64,000 bases of DNA from Candidatus Adlerbacteria bacterium (GCA_026397405.1 JAPLUW010000001.1:407064-471063), one strand, 5' to 3'; positions 1-10,601 are shown, counted from the stretch's first letter. A program made the numbers and translations. Notes: generated by a model not told the origin, from the sequence alone.

Positions 1-460
1 AAATATTGCCTTTAGTAACACTGTTACCGACGAGTCGTTGCAAAAAGCAATTGACACTGCCGAACTCGGTGACTTTATTGGTGCGCTGCCGCAAGGCTTA
101 AACACCGTAGTCTCTGAGCGAGGAACATCACTTTCGGGCGGGCAGAAACAGCGCATTATGCTTGCGCGTGCATTGGCGCTTGACCCAAAAATACTTTTGC
201 TCGACGACTTTACCGCGCGTGTCGACACACGCACCGAGCAGAAGATCCTTGCAAACGTTGCAAAAAATTATCCGGGTTTAACCCTTGTGTCGGTAACGCA
301 AAAAATTGCATCGGTTGAACACTACGACCAAATTTTACTTTTGATGGAAGGGGAATTGCTCGCCCAAGGTACGCACGCCGAATTGCTCGAAACGTCGCCG
401 GAGTACGCGCAAATTTACGAGTCTCAAGCCAGCACCAACACCTATGAAGTACACGCTTAA
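1..460 (+). CDS. ABC exporter ATP-binding/permease subunit, C-terminal part (starts before window)
   Basis: LSGGQKQR signature; degenerate Walker B LLLDD; overlaps start of next ABC gene (heterodimeric exporter pair). Confidence 0.9.
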   Translation, partial: NIAFSNTVTDESLQKAIDTAELGDFIGALPQGLNTVVSERGTSLSGGQKQRIMLARALALDPKILLLDDFTARVDTRTEQKILANVAKNYPGLTLVSVTQKIASVEHYDQILLLMEGELLAQGTHAELLETSPEYAQIYESQASTNTYEVHA

Positions 461-2210
461 TACATCAAACACAAAGACCCAAGGAACGGTGATGACCGCG
501 CTCACGCGTTTGGTCCCCTTGATGCGCGGGGAAGGCAGGAGTATTGCTATTGCCTTTGCCGCTATACTTGTCAGCTCTGCCTCGACACTGCTCGCGCCCT
601 ATATCATCGGTCACACTATAGACACGTTTATTGTGCGAAAAGACTTCCACGGCGTGCTCGTGTGGTCGGGCATGCTGCTTGTTGTGTACTTGTTTGGCCT
701 TGCTAGCAGCTACATACAAACAATAACGATGGGCAGCGTTGGTCGCCGCGTGTTGTTTAACTTACGCAACACGCTGTTTACCAAATTGCAGGAACTGCCG
801 ATTGCGTTTTTTAACCAAAACAAAGCAGGTGACCTTATTTCGCGCATCAACAACGACACCGACAAGTTAAACCAGTTTTTTGCCCAGGCCTTGATGCAAT
901 TTTTGGGTAACGCATTTTTGATAGTGGGTGCCGGAATATTTTTGCTGGTGCTCAATTTTAAATTAGGCCTTGTGTCGCTTGCCCCTGCTTTGGGAGTGTT
1001 GCTTGTAACACTTGTCTTGGGTGGCTGGGTGCGCCGCAAAAACCTTGCGTCTTTGCAGTCGACGGGGAGTTTGAGCGGGGAAGTGCAGGAAAGTTTGGAA
1101 AATTTTAAAGTTATTGTCGCGTTTAACCGTGTCGACTACTTCCGCAAAAAATTTGACGACGTCAACCAAAAAAACTATGTGGCGTCAGTCTCTGCAGGTA
1201 TCGCTAACAATATTTTTACACCTGTCTACGGCCTGGCGTACAACCTGGCGCAGCTTGCCGTGTTGGCCTACGGCATTTATTTAATTTCTGTAGGTGGGAC
1301 AACAATAGGGTTGCTTATCGGTTTCCTATTGTACGTGACAAACTTTTACAATCCGCTGCGCCAGCTCGCGAGCGTGTGGTCGTCGTGGCAGTTAGCGCTT
1401 GCGGGGCTCGACCGCATTTCCGAAGTGCTTCAACTGGAGTCGGACATGCCGCGCATGGTGGAAGGTGCCGCGCAGATGCACGGCAAAGTAGATGCCGTGC
1501 TTGAATTTGCGAATGTTGGCTTTACGTACCCGGAAGGGAAGGAGGTATTGCGTGACAGTAGTTTTACATTGATGCCCGGTAAAACGTACGCGCTTGTGGG
1601 CCCGACGGGCGGAGGCAAGACAACAAATGCATCTTTGATGGCCCGTCTCTTTGACCCCACGCAGGGTGCCGTGTACTTGAACGGTAAAAATATACAGTCG
1701 TACGAGCCGGAAGTGCGCGCGGAAAAAATAGGATTTATTTTACAAGAGCCGTTCCTGTTTTCGGGCACTGTGCGCGACAACATTGTCTACGGCAACAAAA
1801 AGTATCACGACTATACGGGCGACAAACTCCGCGCACTGCTTGAAGACAAAGGCCTTTCAGAGTTGCTCGCACGGTTTGAAGGTGGGCTTGAAACCAAAGT
1901 AGCAACCAGTGGCGACTCTATCAGTTTGGGACAAAAACAACTTATCGCATTTATGCGTGCAGCACTTCGCGAGCCGGACCTACTTATTTTGGACGAAGCA
2001 ACGGCAAACATCGACACGGTCACCGAGCAGATGCTTGAAGATATCCTCCAAAAATTTCCACCATCAATTACGAAAGTTATTATTGCCCACCGCCTTAACA
2101 CTATTGCTGCTGCCGACGAGATATTCTTCGTCAACGGTGGGGAAGTAACCCCGGCAGGCTCGATGGAGCACGCGGTCGAGATGCTGTTGCACGGAAAACG
2201 TAAGAGTTGA
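444..2210 (+). CDS. ABC exporter permease/ATP-binding subunit (MdlB/TM288-like)
   Basis: N-terminal multi-TM domain, Walker A GPTGGGKT, ISLGQKQ, LILDEATA, IAHRL. Confidence 0.93.
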   Translation: MKYTLNTSNTKTQGTVMTALTRLVPLMRGEGRSIAIAFAAILVSSASTLLAPYIIGHTIDTFIVRKDFHGVLVWSGMLLVVYLFGLASSYIQTITMGSVGRRVLFNLRNTLFTKLQELPIAFFNQNKAGDLISRINNDTDKLNQFFAQALMQFLGNAFLIVGAGIFLLVLNFKLGLVSLAPALGVLLVTLVLGGWVRRKNLASLQSTGSLSGEVQESLENFKVIVAFNRVDYFRKKFDDVNQKNYVASVSAGIANNIFTPVYGLAYNLAQLAVLAYGIYLISVGGTTIGLLIGFLLYVTNFYNPLRQLASVWSSWQLALAGLDRISEVLQLESDMPRMVEGAAQMHGKVDAVLEFANVGFTYPEGKEVLRDSSFTLMPGKTYALVGPTGGGKTTNASLMARLFDPTQGAVYLNGKNIQSYEPEVRAEKIGFILQEPFLFSGTVRDNIVYGNKKYHDYTGDKLRALLEDKGLSELLARFEGGLETKVATSGDSISLGQKQLIAFMRAALREPDLLILDEATANIDTVTEQMLEDILQKFPPSITKVIIAHRLNTIAAADEIFFVNGGEVTPAGSMEHAVEMLLHGKRKS

Positions 2211-2244
2211 CAAATGAGGTGGAATATATTACTATTACGCCTTC

Positions 2245-3579
2245 ATGTCAGATAAATTTAAACGGCCTTTCACATCGGGAGGCAAACCCGCTCGAAAGCC
2301 TTATAACATAACATCTACACCCGGAATGTCTGCAGGGGGCAGCCGGCCGTATGCAAACTCGTCTGGGCCTCGTAAGAGCTTTGGGGGTGCTTCGCGCCGC
2401 CCATTTGGTGGTGGTGGATATGCCGGCGGAAGCCGTGGTGGGAACCGTGGCGGTGGCAAAAAGTTTGGTATGTCGTCGTTTGATCCGTCCCGCTTTATCA
2501 ACAAGGCGGTTATCACCGAGCAAGTTGAACACTTTACACCCGAACACAAGTTTGCCGACTTTTTGATTGAAGAAAAACTGAAAGCTAACATCATCAAAAA
2601 AGGATACGTCCTCCCGACACCGATCCAGGACCGTGCTATCCCGCACGTACTCCGCGGCTCGGACGTTGTGGGTATCGCAAACACAGGTACCGGCAAAACT
2701 GCTGCATTCTTGATCCCACTCATCAACAAAGTGCTGCTCAACAAAAACGAGCGTGTACTTATCATGGTCCCAACCCGCGAACTTGCGGTACAAATCGGTG
2801 ACGAGCTCCGGGGCTTTACCCCAGGGCTTGGAATATTTTCTGCAATCTGCGTAGGTGGCGCCGGCATCGGCCCACAAATGTCGGAACTCCGCCGCAAACC
2901 AAACTTTGTCATTGGTACTCCAGGCCGCCTCAAAGACTTGCTCGAACGCAAAACGTTGGTGCTTTCTGCATTTAACACTGCAGTCTTGGACGAAGCTGAC
3001 CGCATGTTGGACATGGGCTTTATCAACGACATGCGCACGATACTTTCGTTGCTGCCTTCGCCCCGCCACACACTGTTTTTCTCTGCAACACTTTCAACTG
3101 AAATTGAGCGCCTCATTGGCGAATTCCTCCGCGAGCCGGTGCGCATCTCGGTTAAGACTCGCGAGTCTGCTGCGTCAATCGAGCAGGACATTGTCCGCGT
3201 ACCCCGCGGTACAGACAAACTTACTGTGTTGCATGACCTACTTATCCAGCCGGAATTTAACAAAGTGCTAATCTTTGGCCGTACTAAACACGGCGTGGAA
3301 AAACTTTCCAAAACATTGCTCGCCAAGGGCTTTAAGTCGGAGTCTATCCACGGCAACAAAACACAAAACAAACGCCAAAAAGCGCTCGACCTCTTTAAGC
3401 GCGACCATGTAAAAATTTTGGTGGCGACAGACGTTGCTGCGCGCGGTTTGGACATTTCTGGCGTCTCACACGTCATCAACTATGACCTCCCGTCGAGCCA
3501 CGAAGACTACATCCACCGCATTGGCCGTACCGGCCGTGCTGGCAAGAAGGGTAAGGCACTGACCTTTATCGAAGCCTAA
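2245..3579 (+). CDS. DEAD-box RNA helicase (RhlE-like) with N-terminal Gly/Arg-rich extension
   Basis: Q motif PTPIQ, GTGKT, PTRELA, DEAD, SAT, ARGLD, HRIGRTGRAG. Confidence 0.95.
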   Translation: MSDKFKRPFTSGGKPARKPYNITSTPGMSAGGSRPYANSSGPRKSFGGASRRPFGGGGYAGGSRGGNRGGGKKFGMSSFDPSRFINKAVITEQVEHFTPEHKFADFLIEEKLKANIIKKGYVLPTPIQDRAIPHVLRGSDVVGIANTGTGKTAAFLIPLINKVLLNKNERVLIMVPTRELAVQIGDELRGFTPGLGIFSAICVGGAGIGPQMSELRRKPNFVIGTPGRLKDLLERKTLVLSAFNTAVLDEADRMLDMGFINDMRTILSLLPSPRHTLFFSATLSTEIERLIGEFLREPVRISVKTRESAASIEQDIVRVPRGTDKLTVLHDLLIQPEFNKVLIFGRTKHGVEKLSKTLLAKGFKSESIHGNKTQNKRQKALDLFKRDHVKILVATDVAARGLDISGVSHVINYDLPSSHEDYIHRIGRTGRAGKKGKALTFIEA

Positions 3580-3612
3580 AGCCCCGAGGCGGTTTGTGTG
3601 CGTTCAACTACT

Positions 3613-3876
3613 ATGGAAAAAACAACCAAACTAAAAAAGAAAAATGTAGAACACGTTGCACCGCAAAACATACCGGCGCAAATTCCCGTGCCTTCAACAG
3701 GTGTGCGCAACAACGCGCAGATGCGTGGGCCCAGCAAGACCTTCCAACAAGACGGTCACTGGATAGAAAAACCAAACAAAACAACTATTTTAATTTGCGA
3801 ATGCAGCAATAAATATTTAAAGACTCGTGCCGGCCAAGATAAGTGCTTGCGCTGCCTTTCGGCTTTTAAGCGTTAG
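3613..3876 (+). CDS. small basic hypothetical protein with C-terminal CxC-x13-CxxC putative zinc ribbon
   Basis: ATG at 3613; CECSNKYLKTRAGQDKCLRC. Confidence 0.65.
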   Translation: MEKTTKLKKKNVEHVAPQNIPAQIPVPSTGVRNNAQMRGPSKTFQQDGHWIEKPNKTTILICECSNKYLKTRAGQDKCLRCLSAFKR

Positions 3877-3932
3877 TCTCCGTACATAAGCGCTTCCTTG
3901 TATCTTCATGAAGCAAGCCATATCATTGTGAT

Positions 3933-4646
3933 ATGAACCCACAACAAAATACCCCGTCACTCCGCGGCCGCACCGTAGTTACAACTGTTGTTATTGTCGT
4001 TGTGCTTATTGCACTGTGTTTAGTCTTGTGGATGTTCCGCAATACGGCGCCACTTTCTGGCCTGCTGGGCTCGACCGCTTCAACTACGCAGCAAACAACT
4101 GGTAGTACAAATACACAGACGGGCTCAACAAACCAAACTACTCCAAATCAAGAAAACTGGAGTACCTACACATCAACCAAGTTTGGTTTTTCTATTCGCT
4201 ATCCAAAAGAGTATCGTCTTGAAACTCCCTACGCGTACAGTGCGCTTGGTCCGGGGCTGACTATACCCGGTGTAAAGTTTGATATTTCTACAACGTCGAC
4301 AAAAGGTACTAACTTGGCGCAGGACACTGGTGTCTCGGTCGAAACTTTGACCACCACCCGAAGCTGTACTGCCGACTTGTTTGTCCACACAAACGACACA
4401 GTAAAAACAATGGTTGACCACGGCACGACCTACTCGGTTGCTGAAAGTAGCGATGCGGGTGCAGGCAACCTCTACCACGAAACTATCTTTGCATTGCCGG
4501 GCACGTCGCCATGTACTGCGGTGCGTTACTTTATACATTCGACACAGCTTGGTAACTACCCACCAAACACCGTTGTTGCCTTTGACCAAACCGCACTCCT
4601 TGCGCAGTTTGATGCAATTCGCCAGACACTTGTCTTGGGTCGCTAA
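3933..4646 (+). CDS. membrane-anchored extracellular protein (PsbP-like N-terminal motif)
   Basis: N-terminal TM, Thr-rich linker, WSTYTSTKFGFSIRYP motif, two Cys. Confidence 0.75.
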   Translation: MNPQQNTPSLRGRTVVTTVVIVVVLIALCLVLWMFRNTAPLSGLLGSTASTTQQTTGSTNTQTGSTNQTTPNQENWSTYTSTKFGFSIRYPKEYRLETPYAYSALGPGLTIPGVKFDISTTSTKGTNLAQDTGVSVETLTTTRSCTADLFVHTNDTVKTMVDHGTTYSVAESSDAGAGNLYHETIFALPGTSPCTAVRYFIHSTQLGNYPPNTVVAFDQTALLAQFDAIRQTLVLGR

Positions 4647-4660
4647 TTAAAAATCTGTAC

Positions 4661-4695
4661 CAGAAAAAGCTCCGCCTAGTGTGGAGCTTTTTCTG
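4661..4695 (+). terminator. intrinsic terminator hairpin
   Basis: CAGAAAAAGCTCC...GGAGCTTTTTCTG inverted repeat after the stop codon. Confidence 0.7.
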
Positions 4696-4707
4696 TATAC
4701 TGCGTAG

Positions 4708-5058
4708 ATGCTGTGGCGCCGAAGCAGAAGAGAATATTTAAAATATAGGGAAACCGCGCGTGCACAAGTGCACGCGCGGCTAAACCACTTCAACACCTTC
4801 TACAAATTTCCACTCAAAAAAGTATTTATCAAAAACCACAAGTCGCGCTGGGGTTCCTGTTCCGAGCGGGGGAACCTGAACTTTAACTACAAAGTCGTCT
4901 TCCTTCCTGTAGAAATTGTCGACTATATAATCGTCCACGAACTGTGCCACCTAGCCGAATTTAACCATTCTCCAGCCTTTTGGGCCCAAGTCGCACGCGC
5001 CCTCCCTAACCACGTAGCTTTGCGAAAGAGTTTGAGGAGGTTGGAGCGGAATCGATAA
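4708..5058 (+). CDS. YgjP/DUF45 family zinc metallopeptidase-like protein
   Basis: KSRWGSCS, YIIVHELCHL..FNHS motifs. Confidence 0.88.
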   Translation: MLWRRSRREYLKYRETARAQVHARLNHFNTFYKFPLKKVFIKNHKSRWGSCSERGNLNFNYKVVFLPVEIVDYIIVHELCHLAEFNHSPAFWAQVARALPNHVALRKSLRRLERNR

Positions 5059-5116
5059 TCCCTCCATATTTTAAGAAAAAACCGTCCAGGCTCTGAAAGA
5101 GTGGACGGTTGGTGGC

Positions 5117-5344
5117 CTATAATTGCATTTTTGCGAAAAATTCTCGCCAAAAAATAGTGGTAAGAATATAACATTCGTGAATTTGTTTTAGATCAATGAC
5201 CGTATCTGTCATCGCATGTTCGAGGGCTCTGATGCGAAAAAATTCGCGTGTCGATACATGGTCTCCGTCATGTAAGGACAATACTTCGAGGACGTACGGA
5301 TCTTCTACGGCATGAGCCGAGCCGTTGCAGTATACCGTTGGCAT
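5117..5344 (-). CDS. hypothetical protein
   Basis: 75-aa ATG ORF filling a gap; hairpin at ~5079-5110 downstream. Confidence 0.45.
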   Translation of the reverse strand: MPTVYCNGSAHAVEDPYVLEVLSLHDGDHVSTREFFRIRALEHAMTDTVIDLKQIHECYILTTIFWREFFAKMQL

Positions 5345-5492
5345 GAGGTATCTCCACGGGTGAAATATGTAGATAAGTCTGGACTCAATAGTACGAGGAG
5401 GGTGATATAAGTCAATTGCAGCTCTTGCCTTATTTCTGTTACTATGTACAATCTTTAATGTTGTGTTCTAACGTACATGAAGGGATAGTGTT

Positions 5493-5792
5493 ATGGTGCA
5501 TCAGCACAACCGGGCATTCCCGGTCGATTTTAGGAACCGGGCAAAGCCGCCGACGACTACACGGTCGACGAAGGTGAAGCCGGGTGTCGAGTCGGTCGTC
5601 GTCGGCTCGAAAACCAATAGGCAGCACGTAGCGGTGGGAGATGTTGTCGTCAACGACGCGCGCATCCACGCCACACTGCAAGCTGTCTACGAGAACGGCG
5701 ATTTGCAGCTGAAGCCCGTGGAGAAGTTCCACGGCAAGCAGCCTGCCTTTCGTTCCAGCCCTGAGCTGGTCAACGTCTCGTCGCTGAACTGA
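5493..5792 (+). CDS. hypothetical protein
   Basis: 99-aa ORF followed by a terminator. Confidence 0.6.
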   Translation: MVHQHNRAFPVDFRNRAKPPTTTRSTKVKPGVESVVVGSKTNRQHVAVGDVVVNDARIHATLQAVYENGDLQLKPVEKFHGKQPAFRSSPELVNVSSLN

Positions 5793-5800
5793 CCGCGTTC

Positions 5801-5833
5801 AATGCCTCGGTAACCCCGGGGCATTTTCTTTTT
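5801..5833 (+). terminator. intrinsic terminator
   Basis: AATGCCTCGG...CCGGGGCATT followed by T-run. Confidence 0.7.
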
Positions 5834-5888
5834 CTAATTTCACAATTCTTCATCATTCCTACAGGCGCCCCGCGCTACAGTAAGCCGC

Positions 5889-6221
5889 ATGACTGAAATT
5901 ACATCAACCGGATATTACTATCGCGGCAGTTTTGTTGCGCGGATTATCAACGGGGTTGTTGGTATTATTGAAGTGTTTCTTTTTGTGCGTTTGGTGCTGG
6001 AACTTTTTGGTGCAAACTCTTCATCACAATTTGTTGCATGGATATACAGCGTAAGCGGTGCGTTTATAGGGCCTTTTGCAGGAGCATTTTCTGGTATATC
6101 GCTCGGCGGCAACTCGGTGTTAGATATTGTCGCAATCTTCGCGATGATAGGCTACGCAATAATCGGCTGGCTCGTTATCGAGCTAGTTGCATTTATGTTC
6201 GGGACGATGAAAAGGATTTAG
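5889..6221 (+). CDS. YggT family membrane protein
   Basis: TM-R..L..FGAN....FV.WIY..S..F..PF-TM pattern. Confidence 0.8.
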   Translation: MTEITSTGYYYRGSFVARIINGVVGIIEVFLFVRLVLELFGANSSSQFVAWIYSVSGAFIGPFAGAFSGISLGGNSVLDIVAIFAMIGYAIIGWLVIELVAFMFGTMKRI

Positions 6222-6742
6222 CGGAACCAGCCGAAGAAATGCTGGAAAAATCCCTGCACTCCCCGCGGAGGTACGGGGTCAGTTGAAGATGCGTTGTTTG
6301 CAGCAACCTCTCTGCCTTGTGGCATAGGTGGGGTGGTGGTGCTTTCTTGTTTTTCTTTACTAAAAAAACTAAACATATGGTTCATAAACGCACGTGCAAC
6401 ACCTTTTGGTGGTGTTGTGGTCCCGATCATCTCGCGACGCTCCTGTTCAAATCGTTCCTCTCGCGGAGTGCTTGTGCCTGCCATAGGGCTCGTTGACGAC
6501 ATCACCTGGCGGCGACGTTCTTGTTCAAACAAGGGTCTGCTTTCTGTACTTGTTCCCACCAGTCGTGGGGGCATCATAGGCCGGCCTTCTGTGGTCGAGC
6601 CCATCATACTTTCTGGCATACGGCGTTCCAGCGGCTCCTTGTCGTGTGGGCGTGGAGGCAGACCTCTTTCTCTAGGGCCTTCAGCAAATGCACTGGGTGC
6701 AACCAATAATGCAGCAGCTATAGCAAGTATTTTGTAATTCAT
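6218..6742 (-). CDS. secreted low-complexity protein with internal GTST..FEQERR repeats
   Basis: signal peptide MNYKILAIAAALLVAPSAFA (ATG 6742); repeated peptide; C-terminal GFFQHFFGWFR. Confidence 0.7.
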   Translation of the reverse strand: MNYKILAIAAALLVAPSAFAEGPRERGLPPRPHDKEPLERRMPESMMGSTTEGRPMMPPRLVGTSTESRPLFEQERRRQVMSSTSPMAGTSTPREERFEQERREMIGTTTPPKGVARAFMNHMFSFFSKEKQESTTTPPMPQGREVAANNASSTDPVPPRGVQGFFQHFFGWFR

Positions 6743-6797
6743 ATGATGTATATAATCAGTAATAGAACTTCTACAGTATACCCTTGCTTTATTTTTT

Positions 6798-8405
6798 CTA
6801 AAATCTTTGCCAAAACTTCTGTAGTGCGTGCCACAATGGCCCACTCAACGTTGCGGCAACCCCCGCTATATTTGACGCGGCATCAAGCAGTAGAGATGTT
6901 TTTGCTTTAACGACGATTGTTTGTTTTTGAATTAGTTGCGCACTACTGGTGCCGGCTTTTTGGTAGAGTCCTGCAACATAGGTCCCTGCTATTGTGTACG
7001 TGTGCGCAAAAACAGCACTCTGTGCTTTGCAGACATTTTTCCCGACAGAGACAGTGCTTGTCCCCGAGCCGTCACCATACCCCAAGCTGTAGGTAAGTGC
7101 CGCACATGACTTTGCGTTGTTTACCGACGCAGTAAAAGTGACTGCAAGTGGCAAGGTCCCTGTAGGCGGAGTCGCAAGCAACGAGTCGAGCGTTGTGGTT
7201 GGAGTTGATGTCGCAACAACGGCAGCAACTTTTACAATTGGTACTTCTAAGTTTATTGAACAAGGTGCATTGCCGTACTGGTTGTAAAACGTCAACACAT
7301 ACGTGCGTGATGCTGCAAGGTTTGTAAATGTTCTGCTGCCTTGCGCCGTGTCGCGTGTGCCGTCGCTCCACAGCACATACGTAGTGTCGGTACCTGTCCA
7401 ACTTACCGTCACAGGTTTTCCGGATGTTGCTACAGTCACGTCTGATGTTACCGAACATGTAGGCAGCACAGGAATAGGAGAATTTGAACGGCCTTCGGTA
7501 AAACCACTTGTGGGCATAGACAAAATTTTTGCATTGAGCCAGTCTTCGCTCGTTGTTGCAGACGTGCCGTACGTGTTTGGAGACCAAACAAAGTTACTGG
7601 TTGATGCTTGGTCGGTTGCGTTTGCGAGCGGTTTAAAGGTGTCGCCAAGCAACACGGTATCGACAGAATATGTTGTGTCTGTCGGAGTAACTGTCCCGTC
7701 GAGTTCGAAGTAGTAACTTGTGCCCGCTGGAATTTCTATAGAAGTGTCGGGGACAATAGCAAACGTGTCGCTCGTTGGGTTTGCGAGAGACGAATTAAGC
7801 GGCGTGGTTGTTGCTGTGGTTGTAGATATATCTCTACTGTAAGCAGCGTCTGCAAAGACGTAGAGTCCAATGTCGCCGACCGAGGCTCCGGTTGTGTGTG
7901 TCGCAAAAGAGATCTGGCTAATTCCCACCGGCCCGCTGCTCCCTGCGCGCACGACAAAACGCATCAAACGTCCGTCTGCAACATCGTACGGCGGCAGTGA
8001 GTCGACAGGTTCTACTGTAGGTAGTGACCGGAGGCCAATAGTAAGTGTGCTCGTTGCAAGAGTCGTCGTTCCAGATAGTAACGAAAGGGCATACGTTCCG
8101 GTCGAAAGCGGAGGGAATACATGCGCGCTCCAACGGTTTTGTACAACAGAGACCGGGTTTAAAAATACAGGTGTATGTGTCGCAAGAGATGTTATCGAAA
8201 GGGTCAGCGGAGTCTGTAGCTGTGCGACACTGCCTGCGAGTGTCGGGTCTGCGCGTAGTGATGTTACTCTGCCGTCGAATGATGCTGTCGGGGGAATAGG
8301 AGCACTTACTACCAAGGGCGGCACAGCTGTTTTTCCTGCTACAGAATATGGGAGGAATGAGGAAATAATTCCTGCAATAGCAAGCAGATGTAGGATTTTT
8401 TGCAT
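6798..8405 (-). CDS. secreted Ser/Thr-rich beta-sandwich protein with C-terminal PKD-like domain
   Basis: signal peptide from MQKILHLL; PLAVTF...YGDGS...HTYTIAGTY PKD motif. Confidence 0.75.
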   Translation of the reverse strand: MQKILHLLAIAGIISSFLPYSVAGKTAVPPLVVSAPIPPTASFDGRVTSLRADPTLAGSVAQLQTPLTLSITSLATHTPVFLNPVSVVQNRWSAHVFPPLSTGTYALSLLSGTTTLATSTLTIGLRSLPTVEPVDSLPPYDVADGRLMRFVVRAGSSGPVGISQISFATHTTGASVGDIGLYVFADAAYSRDISTTTATTTPLNSSLANPTSDTFAIVPDTSIEIPAGTSYYFELDGTVTPTDTTYSVDTVLLGDTFKPLANATDQASTSNFVWSPNTYGTSATTSEDWLNAKILSMPTSGFTEGRSNSPIPVLPTCSVTSDVTVATSGKPVTVSWTGTDTTYVLWSDGTRDTAQGSRTFTNLAASRTYVLTFYNQYGNAPCSINLEVPIVKVAAVVATSTPTTTLDSLLATPPTGTLPLAVTFTASVNNAKSCAALTYSLGYGDGSGTSTVSVGKNVCKAQSAVFAHTYTIAGTYVAGLYQKAGTSSAQLIQKQTIVVKAKTSLLLDAASNIAGVAATLSGPLWHALQKFWQRF

Positions 8406-8572
8406 AGCAGACAACGTTAGTTTGTTTAATCTTACACTATCATTTACAAAAGGGCTTAAAAATCGCCAAGTTTTTGTGTCCACAGGCTTTCGTTGTGTAA
8501 ACAAACACCCCCGATGCTATAGTTAGCTTCATGCCTTTTTCATATGGCATTTATTAATTTACTATTTTTTCG

Positions 8573-9130
8573 ATGTCCAAAACAAAATGGGTGGCAGCTG
8601 TAGTAATCGTCGTTGTACTTGTAGCAGCGTATGTAATGTGGAAAGGTAACACTGCTATGGTCCCAGCAAGCGACCAGCCGACAGCAGCTGCGGCAGCAAA
8701 CGCACCGGTTGCAAATAACAACACAGACGCGATGATGGCGGCAGATGCAGCGGCTCTCGACGCGCAGATCCAAGTGTATACAGCTAATGTAAAAGGTCTC
8801 GACCAGACATTAACTGTAGGGACTGTTACCGCAGCAGCAACCCAAACACAAGACATTCTCGCACTTGCCACAAAGTTGGGTGTTAAAATCCAGGTCCGTA
8901 TAGCGGGTGCAGGTGCAGCACAAGGTTCTTTGCAGGCACTCTTTGCTGACATGACACGTAACATCTCGAACGCAAGTTCACAGGCAGCTGCAGCAGCAAA
9001 GAATGTTGCAAAAACTCCTAACGGAACAGCGCTCGCACAGTCAAAAACACAGTTGAATGCAGCACAGGCTTACGTTGTTACTGTTCGCAGTGATATCCAG
9101 AAGTTGTTGGCCGGTATTGCACAACGCTAA
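8573..9130 (+). CDS. membrane-anchored Ala-rich helical protein (apparent fusion homologue of 12843 and 13164 products)
   Basis: N-terminal TM; visible similarity to both proteins. Confidence 0.75.
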   Translation: MSKTKWVAAVVIVVVLVAAYVMWKGNTAMVPASDQPTAAAAANAPVANNNTDAMMAADAAALDAQIQVYTANVKGLDQTLTVGTVTAAATQTQDILALATKLGVKIQVRIAGAGAAQGSLQALFADMTRNISNASSQAAAAAKNVAKTPNGTALAQSKTQLNAAQAYVVTVRSDIQKLLAGIAQR

Positions 9131-9144
9131 ATAGGTTTCTCGTT

Positions 9145-9183
9145 CTAAACAAAAACCCCGCCAGTGGCGGGGTTTTTGTTTAG
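9145..9183. terminator. bidirectional terminator
   Basis: CTAAACAAAAACCCCGCC AGT GGCGGGGTTTTTGTTTAG between convergent genes. Confidence 0.85.
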
Positions 9184-9191
9184 GCAATTTT

Positions 9192-10232
9192 TTAATGCAC
9201 TACTACTGTGGCGCTTATAGTTGCCTGCTGGCCCGTGTCGTTTGAAACAGTAAATGTTGGGTGGTAGGTGCCAGCGGTAACATACATGTGGGTAAATGTT
9301 GCTGATGTTTGTATTGGTTGCCCATTTGCAACTGCGGCATAGGCGTAGGTAGTTTCGTCACCCCACACGCTCTGGTAGTGGAGGTTGGCGCCGTTTACAT
9401 AATTTTGCAAGGTTGCGCGGACTGTCCATGTGCCTGTTTGCCCGACAATCAACTGCGGGGGAGCATCAATACCGCTAATCACAGGTGTTTGGTTTTGTGC
9501 GCTCTGGTCAGTGACATAGAAGTTTACAGTATTGCTTGTGCCGTTTTGGTTTTGTACGTACACCTGATAGGCCCCGGGTGTAGTAGGGCGGACCCACAAG
9601 GCCGAGACTTCGGACGACATTGCACAATATGCGCCTGGCGGGCAGTTGGGAGATATATATTGTGGAACAGTAAATGTCAGTGTCGTTCCGTTGTTTGAAT
9701 ACACAGCGTCAAGCGCTTTGCCGCCAAAGTATACGGTGTTTGTTCCGTACAACCCTGACCCATACAAGGTGACAACTGTTCCAATAGGCCCGCTCTGGGG
9801 CGACATAGTTTGTACAGACACTTGTTGTACAGGAGGCACGGGTTGCGGCTGTGGGTATGGATACGGCGGGTAGGTAGTGGTTGTACAACCTATCTGTCCA
9901 AATACGCCGCGGGTCATCACACCTACATACCCTGTCCGCGGGAGGCCGTGCGCTGCTTGGAAGTTTTGTACTGCACGGAACGTGAGCGGCCCAAAAATAC
10001 CAATGGGCGAATAGGGGAAGTATCCTTGAGTAGAAAGAAACGCCTGCAAGTTAGTGACATCGGCATTTTGTAACCCCAAATATAGATTGTTGTAAAACAC
10101 TGGGCATGTCGTTGGTGCAGGCGCATATATAAGGTTAGGAGCCTGTGCAAGTGCGGCATAGGTAGGCAACAAAAGCCCTGCCATAAGTGTAACTGCAACC
10201 ACAGTGCGCTTTACGTTTACGCTTAGAGTCAT
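9192..10232 (-). CDS. secreted protein: peptidoglycan-binding domain + IPT/TIG + PKD-like domains
   Basis: signal peptide; L.LG....DV..LQ.FL...GY...G.FG..T..AV..FQ; SPQSGPIGTVVTLYGSG; WGD...HMYVTAGTY. Confidence 0.85.
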   Translation of the reverse strand: MTLSVNVKRTVVAVTLMAGLLLPTYAALAQAPNLIYAPAPTTCPVFYNNLYLGLQNADVTNLQAFLSTQGYFPYSPIGIFGPLTFRAVQNFQAAHGLPRTGYVGVMTRGVFGQIGCTTTTYPPYPYPQPQPVPPVQQVSVQTMSPQSGPIGTVVTLYGSGLYGTNTVYFGGKALDAVYSNNGTTLTFTVPQYISPNCPPGAYCAMSSEVSALWVRPTTPGAYQVYVQNQNGTSNTVNFYVTDQSAQNQTPVISGIDAPPQLIVGQTGTWTVRATLQNYVNGANLHYQSVWGDETTYAYAAVANGQPIQTSATFTHMYVTAGTYHPTFTVSNDTGQQATISATVVVH

Positions 10233-10317
10233 AGACTGGTGATGACGGGCCGCACTTGTCCTGCTTACACTACAGCAATGTTGTATACTAGTAGGTATGT
10301 ATACACATCACTATGGG

Positions 10318-10599
10318 ATGGATCAGAGCTTTTTTATCAACTTGCCGTTTTGGTCGTCTCCGTTGTTTGGGTTAGTGGCAGTAGCCGCACTGTGGTCGCT
10401 TGTGTGGAAAGGTTTGGGGTTGTGGCACGCAAGCCGTAATGGCCAGCCGTGGTGGTTTATGGCTATCTTTGTTGTTAACACTGCTGGGATCTTGGAGATA
10501 TTCTACTTGTTTTTTGTGGCAAAGCTCAAGTTTGACCAGCTCTTTACCAAGGGTAATTCGCACGCACACGTTCACCCTCATCACGACCACACGCACTAA
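10318..10599 (+). CDS. DUF5652-like small membrane protein with His-rich tail
   Basis: WSLVWKGLGLWHASRNGQPWWF..NTAGILEI motif; alternative start 10297. Confidence 0.75.
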   Translation: MDQSFFINLPFWSSPLFGLVAVAALWSLVWKGLGLWHASRNGQPWWFMAIFVVNTAGILEIFYLFFVAKLKFDQLFTKGNSHAHVHPHHDHTH

Positions 10600-10601
10600 A
10601 C